DNA of 64,000 nt from Callorhinchus milii (taxonomy: Eukaryota). Location of the stretch: the NCBI RefSeq assembly GCF_018977255.1, contig NW_024704743.1:98272001-98336000 (forward strand), written 5' to 3'. The translations under genes were made by a program, and so were the position numbers. Under the pieces are notes generated by a model. It was not told the DNA's origin. It ran no database searches and saw only the letters and a list, made by a program, of their open reading frames with translations. Positions 42,433 to 52,870 of the stretch are shown in pieces (position 1 is the stretch's first letter; the number at the start of each line of letters is the position of its first letter).

Positions 42433-43964
42433 TATTACCAGGTAAATCAACATCTAAATAAAATTGATCATTCCCCCACCTCTTACTGTTTATGGGATAC
42501 TGCTGTGCACAATTGGCTGCCACGTATCGCCCACAAAATACAGTCAATCTTCTTGACAGTATATCCTGTGAAGCGCTTTGAGATGTCTCGATGACGAGAT
42601 AAGGTGTAATACCAAATGCAAGGATTATTATTATTATTATCATTATTTCAAGAACAGAATGCATGAAAACAGGACATCAAACACTATCTAAGATCAGGTT
42701 TTTATTGTTCAGTGCCAGAGTACACTTATGCTAATCAATAAATGAATGTAACAGGGTGTTATATTGAATCTTTATGAAGATATTCAATTTATTTGGAAGC
42801 TTTGCAATTTGATTAAGTCTCAATAAGCCTTTAAATAAAGTTCCAAGTTAACAAGAGGTTCAATGATGCTTGAAACTCTTCCTTTTCTGTCCGAGTCACT
42901 GATCTCAAAACAGTGTAATTCCAATTGATCTCCCATTGATTCCCAAATTAATGTTTATCTTCCTTCCATATTTTTTGTGACATTTTAATTACTTCACACA
43001 ATATTGTTCCATTCGATCAGGTTTAGGACAGCCCAGTTATATAACATGCTCAACTATGTCCAATGCCTCAGGCCCTGTGTTATATTGAAAAGCAGAGTAA
43101 AGACCAACTTCCAGCTCGTTAATGTCTCTTCCTCATAGTGTGCATTTGCAAAATGTGCAGGGAGCGCTGCTGATACCATTCACTTCCTTTATAACAGCAC
43201 TTCCTGCAATATCATACAGTTACTGCACCTGATTCTGTTTTTATCTGATGTTCACCCAAGTAAGGCAGCTCATTAGATATTTATTAGGAGCTGTGGAGTA
43301 TGTTGGTTTATTTCTGCCTAGCCAGTCACATTGAAGTTGACTGTAGAGTCTTACTGTCATCCTAGATGAAAAGGGCTACCTCAATAGGCTAAGGACTGAA
43401 CCTGGGAACTTCCTGGTTTATAATAATTATCCTAATAATCCTTGTATTTGATGTAGCGCCTTATCAAGTCTTCGAGACACCTCAAAGCACTTCTAGAATA
43501 TACTGTCAAGTGAATTGACTGTATATTTTGTGGGCGAAACGTGACAGCCAATTGCGCACAGCAGTGTCCCACAAACAGTCATGGATTGAGTGACCAATTT
43601 ATCATCATGTTTTGAAGAAATTATTGCCCCCGAAAAAGCAATCCGACAATTGACTAAAAACCGAGTTCCTACCTACTGCTAAGTAAACAGAGGTGTGTGG
43701 AGTAAGGAAACTTGCCCAATGTTTTGTCTTGCCAGAAATCGAACCCAGGTCTCTCGCTTACAAGTCGAGTGCTCTAACCACTGATCTACAGGACTTCACT
43801 TATTGCCAAATTAAGCAGTGCATTGAGTGATTGCGGGAACAACTACACGCTAGCTCTAAACAACTTTTCTGTCCATAAATTCATGTAACTAACTTTCAGT
43901 TAGTGGCCTTGGTCCATAAATTTTCTTTTCTAAATATTCCTCCCTTCTGTCTTTATTCCCTACC

Positions 43965-44332
43965 CATTTTAGAGTTTCCAGGTCCTCACCCTCACACCTA
44001 AATCCCTTCACGCCTTAGCACCTCCTGTCTCTCTGATCTCCTACTCCACTCTTCTGCTTGACTTCTCTGTTTGGTTAACAGATTTGCTGCACATCCCCTG
44101 CTTTCCAATGGTGACCAAGCCTTCAGATACTATGCCGTAACCTCTGTAGTTCCCTCATTCTCACTTCCCCTTCACTGTTTTTCTAACTCTAGCCTTAAAA
44201 CCTACCCTTTGACTGTGCCAATAGTGACTTCTCCCAATAGTGACTTCTCCCAAGCATCTCCTCAGTGTCTGAACACATCTTTCTAAAGTGGTTGAGATGT
44301 TATCCTCTGCGAAAGGTGCTATATAAATGTAC
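43965..44332 (+). mobile_element. Highly decayed L2 3' fragment
   Basis: FQVLTLT.KSLHALAP, G.QAF, LKTY; GAAAGGTGCTATATAAATG end. Confidence 0.7.
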
Positions 44333-45511
44333 ATGAGATTCTAGTGAGAATACAATCGCATCTCACATACAGTATTTTAGAACATACTGTTTTGAGCCCA
44401 AATAGCTTTTTTTTAGATTAAACAACTTGCAACTTAAACAAGCTCGATGCCATTCAACAAATTCCAAAAGGAGTATTGAGATTCATCTTTTCTTACAACC
44501 ATCAATGCAATAGAATGGTACATTTTGGGATTTACAATATATCTTTCAAATTGAAAAATATTCCTATTTTCGATAGTGAGAAATGATAACTCAAAATCAG
44601 AAGAAAAATCATATTCAGCAATTCAATTCATAAAAAATCTTAAAAATGTGATTAACCTTTAATTGCTGCAGACTGCTTTCTAAAACTCGGTCACGGGCAA
44701 TTTCTGAATAAAATCTGTTAAAAGACATATCAGGCCTTGCTAAGCATATTATCTCTTTAGTGAATCGAAAGATGTGGTACAAGAAGACTGAAATGTTCAT
44801 TAGTTGTACAATTAGCTGTATGTTTTCATATTTGCCTATTGAGAGAAGAGAGTTTCACCAGGTGTCCTGGCCAACAAACCCAGATACAATTGCTCATTCA
44901 CTTAATCACTGTGCTCACAAAATACAGCCACCAGACAGAGGTGCAGTACTTCGGATGAAATGTTAAACTGAGGTCCCATCAGCCTGTTCAAGTGGATACT
45001 AAAATCCCATGGCATTATTCAAAAAGAGAAGGGAGTTTGTCCCGGTGTTCTGGCCAACAATCCCCCCAAATAAAATTGTTCACTCACTCGACTGCTGTTT
45101 GAGGGACATTGCTGTAAGCAACTGGCTGCTGCTTTTTTCTCATAAAATACAGTCAATCCACTTTACAGTATAATAATAATAATCCTTGCATTTGATATAG
45201 CGCTTTTCACATCTTCTAGACGTCTCAAAGCACTTAACAGAATATACTGTAAAGTGAATTGACTGTATATTTGTGGGCGAAACGCGGCAGCCAATTGTAT
45301 ATCCTGTGAAGAGCTTTGAGATATTTCAACGACGTGAGAAGGCACCATATCAAATGCAAGGAATATTATTATTATATTATAATTAATTACCTAGAAAAAT
45401 ATTCAAACACACTGCTGTATTATATTTTAGGTACTATCCTTAGCTAAAGTTCACTGCAGACAAGCAAAAACAGGTAGTGAAGGTAGTGGAGGAGCAGGTT
45501 ACTAGGTCAGC

Positions 45512-45840
45512 ATAACAATAATAATAATAATCATTGCATTTGATATAGCGCTTTTCATGTCGGGAGGACGTCCCAAAGCGCTTCACAGAACACACTGTAA
45601 AGTGAATTGACTGTATATTTGTGGGCGAACGCGGCAGCCAATTGCGCACAGCAATGTCCCACAAACAGTCGTAGATTGAAAATGACCAATTTATTATTGT
45701 TTTTTGTTTTGGAAGGATTATTATTAGGCTCTGTGTGGAGTAAGGAAACTTGCCCAAGGTTTCGCCCTGACCTGCCTGGAATTGAACTCAGGTCTCTCAC
45801 TTGCAAAGCGAGTGCTCTAACCACTGAGCCACAGGACTCC
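45512..45840 (-). mobile_element. Young tRNA-Ala-like SINE, short variant
   Basis: Nearly identical to 38672 and 54662. Confidence 0.95.
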
Positions 45841-46296
45841 AGTATGATATACAATAAATGCTAGAAGCTGCATATTAGTGACTTGACTCTATTGTATTGA
45901 CAATACAGCAAATAATACAGGACAAGCACTATATGTAACTACACCAGAAGGCATTTATACTCCGTCTCAATTCTTAGTGTTGCGGGGGTTTGAAGCTGAA
46001 ATGATTCTGAAAACTCTTTTCAGAAGCTGACATTGAAGTGTGTATTTATCCTACTTTTGGTAGCCTTAAGATATGATTTTGTACAATAATGGGTCAGGAA
46101 TTACCTCACTGCTGCACAGAATACTGGTTAAAATGGCACTTGCCCTGGAATATTGGCTTTACATTGGTTCACAGTAATGCAACGAACCATAGAAATGTAT
46201 AACATAGAAGAAGGCCAATCAGACCATCGTGCCTGTACTGGCTCTTTTAAAGAGCAATCCTTTCAGTTACATTTACTTGGTTGTCCCCCATATCCA

Positions 46297-46530
46297 GGCT
46301 TTCCTCAGGGCTCTGTCCTTGGTCCTCTCCTCTTTAATATTTACATGCTCCCGCTCGGTGATATCATCCGAAGGCAAGGGGTTAACTTCCACATGTATGC
46401 AAATGAAACCCAACTCTATCTATTTGCCTCCACCCTCAATTCCAGGACCATTGGTGTCCTGACAGATTGCCTGTAAGACTAGACTTCAAGTCCTGGGTGA
46501 GAGTCAATTTTCTCCTGTTGAATATTGACA
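46297..46530 (+). mobile_element. L2 RT internal fragment
   Basis: [24 protein letters not shown]...[12 protein letters not shown]. Confidence 0.9.
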
Positions 46531-46544
46531 ATATCTAGAGTCCT

Positions 46545-46864
46545 GGAGTCTTGTAGCTCAGTGGTTAGAGCACTCGCTTTGCAAGCGAGAGGCCTGAGTT
46601 CAATTCCAGGCAGGGCAAAACCTTGGGCAAGTTTCCTTACTCCACACTCCACACAATAATAATCCCTCCAAAACCAAAAACAATAATAAATTGGTCATTT
46701 TCAATCTACGACTGTTTGTGGGACACTGCTGTGTGCAATTGGCTGCCGCGTTTGCCCACAAATGTACAATCAATTCACTTTACAGTGTGTTCTGTGAAGC
46801 ACTTTGGGATGTCCTCCCGACGTGAAAAGCGCTATATCAAATGTAAGGATTATTATTATTATTA
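46545..46864 (+). mobile_element. Young tRNA-Ala-like SINE, short variant
   Basis: Full head to tail; TSD TATCTA; extra GAGTCCT before the head. Confidence 0.95.
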
Positions 46865-47664
46865 TCTATGCTGTACATTTCTACGGTTCGTTGCATTACT
46901 GTGAACCAATGTTTACTATGTAAAGCCAATATTCCAGGGCAAATGCCATGGGGGACAACCAGGTAAATATGACTGAAAGACGGAGGTCCTCCTGCTTGGC
47001 TCACTTCAGCCTCCTCAACGTAGGCACTGACTGCATCACTATTCATGATTGCACTCTCCACCTCACCCAAAAGAGCGAATTTCCAATAATGAATTTCTAA
47101 TAATGAATTCTCCCCCTATCCAACACTGTAATGTCACCTTTTTACAGAACTGATGCAGTTGCAGGAGGTCCACAGACTAACATCAAGCAGATGATTTAGA
47201 AATACAGTATAAACAGTCAAATGCAAAATGGTTGACTGAATCATCAATTATTCTTGGCACAATAATATTACTAAACTGGCCATCTGAAACATGAAAGGTT
47301 GTATTGATCCCCAGTTTCCAGCACAAACCTCAAATACAATTTCAGCAAAAAACAATTAGAAAATGGTATCTGTCCTTTATTCGTACATTATCATTTTGTT
47401 ATTTATTGCTGCAGCTTTGTTTTCATGCTCACACTCCAGCAACGTACATCTAAAATCTGATCATGTATAACAGTACCTTAGCAACCACACATTGAAATAA
47501 AATGGAGGAAACACTGCTTTGTTCCGAGTCACTGTTAGATTATTTCCTTACACACAATAACACTTGAATACCTGAGACCTAAGTGCAGCCAGGCTGGTAA
47601 GTCATGAATTATTTTAGCCTGTTTTCAATAAAGTACCAATTGAATGAAAGAAACTACATACAAC

Positions 47665-47734
47665 AACAACAACAACAACAAGATTCCATTTATAGAGCGC
47701 CTTTCACGTCGGGAGGACGTCCCAAGGCGCTGAA
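47665..47734 (-). mobile_element. Very short L2 insertion (stem-loop plus tail)
   Basis: TSD ATACAAC at 47658-47664 and 47735-47741. Confidence 0.9.
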
Positions 47735-47762
47735 ATACAACTTCACCGAAGTTGATCAGGAA

Positions 47763-48320
47763 TTTTTTTTTGTTCAGCCGGGTATCTCACACATGCGGAA
47801 ACTCTTCACCTTGCTTAAAAATATCCAAACTAAACTGAGTTCCATGCATCCCACCTACACATGGAAATTCCAGATATTTATTGGAATGGAACGCACACTC
47901 TCTCCCCATTCTGGAGGGACGCATGCTGCTTATCTAATCCCGGAAATTATTAGGCGCAGTTTGGCAGTTTGGGACCGCAGAATGTGCGTAGCTTGCAATT
48001 GATAGCACTGTCTGGCAAACTTTCCCACTGCTTGTCCAGCTAGGCCACGTTAGGCCTTTGGCTTGCATGTTAACAGGAGCTTAGTGGGAGAAGTCCCTGC
48101 CCCCAGTGACTGATCTGCTTTTCAAAGTGCTGTGCTGTCATCAGCAGTGCCTGGAGTGCCTAGCTCAGGAATCGGACTACCGAGACCGCCACAGAGGGCT
48201 GGCTCGATTCTGACATCCCGTTACCAGGCAGGTCACCTTGGAGCCAGTTCAGCTCCAAGGAGACCCTGCTTTAGGATAGTCACTAGTTGGGTTGTTTGAC
48301 ACCAACAAGCACAGGTTTCA
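47763..48320 (-). repeat. Unclassified interspersed repeat, copy 3 of 4
   Basis: Reverse complement is collinear with 57060-57666; T-run at its 3' end. Confidence 0.85.
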
Positions 48321-48963
48321 TTCCTCATTTGGTGGATGGTAAGGTACTAGGAACTCCCTGCAAGCTTCCTGGTGAGCAACACAGTTCATCACCTGGAATT
48401 TTAAAAGGAAGAGACATAGATGCTCAGGAACTCTTAATGGATACGTGAAAGAGGCAGGGAAGTGGATTTAAAAGATTTACCATGATTTAAAAAAATCACA
48501 ACCATGCTCAAATAGGCTAATTGGCCAACTGTTCCTAAATACCTTTTTGTTAGAAAAAGAGTGTTCTATATACCACTGTAGTCCTTGGTAACTTACCATA
48601 GGACTTAAAGCAAATATCATCCACAAAAGTTTGAATCAAAATTAGCTGCTAGCCTGAACTGTTTGACAAGGTAGATGACAGGAAGCCCAGTCAAAATGTA
48701 CTTGGGAATACAATAACAAGCTGGCAGCATGCTTTGTCACCAAGCATTCAAACAGCTATTGCTGACAAGTGCCCGCTCAATACATGCAGGCGTTTTATTT
48801 CCAAACACTAAGCCTGACCTGTGAATTGTCACAGCTGAGCTTCTGAAAAAATGAAACACCTGTGTAATAAACGTGAACTTCCTACGTGAGTGCAGTATTA
48901 AACTCCTGCACCTGGAAGCCAAATGAACAGGAAAAGAAGTTGAGTCAGAGGCGGGTACCTTAC

Positions 48964-48983
48964 TTGGAGGACAAGCCCAAATC
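48964..48983 (-). CDS. Microexon C (20 nt, phase 0 to 2); DLGLSS(K)
   Basis: catgtgtctag|GATTTGGGCTTGTCCTCCAA|gtaagg; phase fits both neighbours. Confidence 0.55.
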
Positions 48984-49196
48984 CTAGACACATGTTAACT
49001 CAGATTTTGTGGTTCTTTTAATTTTGGTGTCTGAAACATAAGGTCACTTGTGGATGATGAAATCCTGCAGTATACCTCAGTGTAAAGGAGTAATGAAACA
49101 TACAATGATTGGGAGGGAGGGAGGGATAGAAAAAGAGACAGATAGACCTGATATCTACACTGATTCATACTTTTCACTTTTAAATACCTTCACAGT

Positions 49197-49367
49197 CATA
49201 GGAACATAGGAACAGCAGTAGGCTATTCAGCCCCTCGAGCCTGTTCTGCCATTCAATTAGATCACAGATGATCTGTACCTCAACTTCAATTACCCGCCTT
49301 TGCCTCATATTCCTTGATACACTGACCTAACAAAAATCTATTCACCTCATTCTGGAAAATTTTAATG
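49197..49367 (-). mobile_element. CR1 3' UTR fragment
   Basis: (CATAGGAA)2 tail, GTAGGCTATTCAGCCCCTCGAGCC. Confidence 0.85.
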
Positions 49368-49501
49368 TTTTATAATTTTAAATTCTACAATGTTATACCT
49401 TTACCTAACAAAGATTTATCCACCCTAACTCTGTGATCTCCTCAAACCATACCAATACAGCCAATACCCTTCACTCAACAGCCACCGGCTTGGTCTGCTT
49501 T

Positions 49502-49822
49502 ATAATAATAATAATAATAATCCTTGCATTTGATATAGCACTTTTCACGTTGGGAGGACGTCCCAAAGCACTTGACAGAACACACTGTAAAGTGAATTGA
49601 CTGTATATTTGTAGGCGAACGCGGCAGCCAATTGCGCACAGCAATGTCCCACAAACAGTCGTAGATTGAAAATGACCAATTTTTTTTATTATTGTTTTTT
49701 GGAGGGACTATTATTAGGCGTGTGGCGTAAGGAAACTTGCCCAAGGTTTAGCCCTGCCTGGAATTAAACCCAGGTGTCTTGCTTGCAAAGCGAGTGCTCT
49801 AACCACTGAGCTACAGGACTCC
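49502..49822 (-). mobile_element. Young tRNA-Ala-like SINE, short variant
   Basis: Nearly identical to 54662. Confidence 0.95.
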
Positions 49823-50197
49823 ACCTAGTTACCGTAGTTGGTAACATTGTCCAGATTGTCAGTCACGTACTTGAGGTAGATGAGGCACATGATGGATGGG
49901 CAAGGAATCTCATGAGAGTTCCAAATTAGCTTTTCATCACCAGCCCCAGGTGGTCATAGAGGAGCATTTTTAATCACATAACTAATGAATCCTTTTCATT
50001 TTAATTACATAAAGACACCTGCAGTTCTCTCCATACACGTGTATTGCACATAGCGAATAATGCAGTCATGTTTACAATGGTTGACACAAATAGACTTCAA
50101 TGTTTGTTATTTATTTTATCAGTGTCAGAAATACACAATAAATTATCGGAAACAATCAGCCTGTCCTGACAAAAACAAAATTTACATAGACACGCAC

Positions 50198-50222
50198 CTT
50201 TGAACATTGATTCAGCGTGCTG
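50198..50222 (-). CDS. Microexon B (25 nt, phase 2 to 0); STLNQCSK
   Basis: ttcactctgttattcccag|CAGCAC...TCAAAG|gtgcgt; pyrimidine tract and NAGNAG acceptor; phase fits both neighbours. Confidence 0.6.
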
Positions 50223-51913
50223 CTGGGAATAACAGAGTGAATACTGAGGAGGTTCATTTCAATGACAAGAGTCCCTTTAAAGTCATTTTTATTTCAGAAT
50301 TGTTTGGTAGACTCAATAGCCTTTCCAATATGAAACAAGATATTGGTAAGTGAGATTTTCAAATTCAATTCATTTGCCTCCCATAGAAATAATAATAAAT
50401 AACCTTTGATGTAGCGCCTTATCATGTCAAAGTATTTCAAGGTGCTTTACAGATTTTACTGCAAATAAAATAACTGTGTATTTCCAGGCAAACAGAGCAG
50501 CCAAATGTGTGCAAAGCAATGTTCACAAACAGCCATGAAGTGAATGATGTGAACTTTTTTTTATCTCTGGGGAATTGTTAGCCAGGACCCTGGTAGAACC
50601 TCACTTCCCTTTTTGAATGGTGATATGGGATCTTTAGTATCCATCTGAACTAGCAGATGGGATTTTGGTTTAATGTCTCATCTGAAGGACAGCACCTCCA
50701 CGAATTTCACTGCAACAAAGTAAAATGTGATCACGATATGGTCTTAGGACTTTAAAAGTGTGAGGACACCAGGACTGCATTGGAGTGTCAGTTTATTCAA
50801 TGAATGGTAATGGGGAAAATTGAAGATATGACTTTTAATATTATTTACAAAAAATGCATGAATAGCTTGTTTGAACCCAACATATTCACAGAACACAACT
50901 GCATCCAAATTTTGACAAAATATCAATTCTTCTATGATCCCTTCTATGAGTACCACTCATTTATCATTTGATAAGTGTCTATTAGTTTGAACTTTATACA
51001 CTAGCATCCTCCTTGCCTCCTCCTACATTTGGGAGGAATAACACTAAATATCTGGGATCAGTGAATATCTAACAAAGAGTTGGCACGACTATCCCAAAGC
51101 AGTACTCAATCCAGAGGGAGGAATACAGACGTCAGCTGCTTATTTATTTGATTATGGGAAAGGGGACCATAAAGATGTTAACTGTATTTCTGTTTCTGTC
51201 TCAAGCTTGTTTGCACTCAAAACAATCTATGAATAAAGCATCACTTTAGATTGTACTTTATTTAGAATTACCCTGTGCTGATCACGCTGGCCACTTTTCA
51301 GTCACGACTGCTGGCTTTGGGTGATGAAATAGATTTTCATTTAGCTAATAATATTGAGAAACATATTGAGTCACAGAATCATTAGATTTAATGGGCAGAT
51401 GATGAACTTCAAATCTAGCCAATACATTTTCTGACTGGTTCATTTCAGGACAAATGTCACAATCTATCTTGATCCCCATATGTCTGGCTCCAACTTTCCA
51501 ATTGCAACATGTGCTCGGAGGCTTGACTTTATAGGTGCTATATCAAGGATGATTATTTTAAAATATGTGAAAAATACAACAGAGCCACACATTTCCCAAT
51601 AAGAACATGATGGTATCGCTACCTCACATTACTCCAAAACTACTTCCCACTGTGAAGTAGTTCATTACCCATATTATTTCTCCAACTGCAAAGAGCCATT
51701 CGCAAAAATATTGGGAGAATGGGTTAAAAGAATCACTAAAGATTCTCTGGACTCTCACTGTACACTGCACACTTTCCGGCTGAGACACTGCTCCCAATGC
51801 TGCTTGGTAACCATTATTGGGAGGTGTTCAAAGGCAGCCTGGAGTGACCTACCTTCTAATTTTCCTCTCACAATGAAATGTCTCACACTGAACTCATTTT
51901 GTGGAAATATCAG

Positions 51914-52036
51914 AAATACCATTATATAATAAATAAATTATTTATGATAAATACCATTATAATAATAATAATGATAATGATAATAATGATAATAATAATG
52001 ATAATGATAATAATAATGAATAATAAATACCATTAT
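51914..52036. repeat. (AAT/GAT)n microsatellite with three copies of AAATACCATTAT
   Basis: 12-mer at 51914, 51949 and 52025. Confidence 0.9.
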
Positions 52037-52280
52037 TCTACGTGAAGCGAATTGAAGCTCCAGTGAATTGTGCAATCCTGGTTTTAACCACTTCATTGTG
52101 GAATGAGAAAAAAACAATAGCCACACATTTATTACATTAAGCTGGCATCCAGCAGTAAAATATTGTTATGAATCAGAGAAATAAAAAAAATCTGCATTTG
52201 ATATAGCACCTTATCATGTCTCAAGGCGCTTCATAGGATTTTACTGTAAAGTGTAGTGAGTGTACAATTTACAAACAAAG

Positions 52281-52762
52281 CTTTTTTCAACCTAACCCCC
52301 CCGCCCGATCATCTGTAGGGTACCCCAAGGCTCCATCCTTGGCCCCTTTCTTTTCCTCATCTACACGACCCTCTCAGCGATGTAATTCGCAGACATGGGG
52401 TCAACTTATGTGTATGCTGTTGACACCCAAATCTACTCCTCCTCCTGCTGCAACTCCCAGTGCGCTGATATCCTCTCAGCTTTTTTGACCAACATCAAGA
52501 CCTGGATAAGCGCAAATTTCCTGCAGCTGAATGTCGGCAAGATGGAAGCTGTACTGTTTGGCTCCTGTCAACGTCTTCTCTCCTGTGGGTCTGAACTTCT
52601 TGGGTTCTCCCTCAGACTCTTTGAACCCGTGCGCAACTTAGGCGTGAGAATCCCCCTCCCTTTCACCCTGGCTTGTTGTCAGACTCCACCACAGTAAAGT
52701 GCTCTGGGCCACTACCCCACGTGAAGGGTGCTATATAAATGCAAGTTGTTGTTCTTGTTGTT
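52281..52762 (+). mobile_element. L2 RT fragment joined to a 3' end
   Basis: GVPQGSILGP, YAVDTQIY, NFLQLNVGK, VRNLGV; TTG tail. Confidence 0.87.
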
Positions 52763-52870
52763 GACTGCATTTTCATAGGCAAATGCAGCAGCCAACACCA
52801 ATTTTTTCGAGAAGATTGTTGGAGAGTTGGCGAGAAACTTTGCATAAGCAATGAGCCCAAAGTTCTGACA

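Noticed and set aside
48115..48150. CTGATGA...GAAA on the minus strand of the unclassified repeat
   Set aside because: No stem II, and the full motif is not conserved in the other copies
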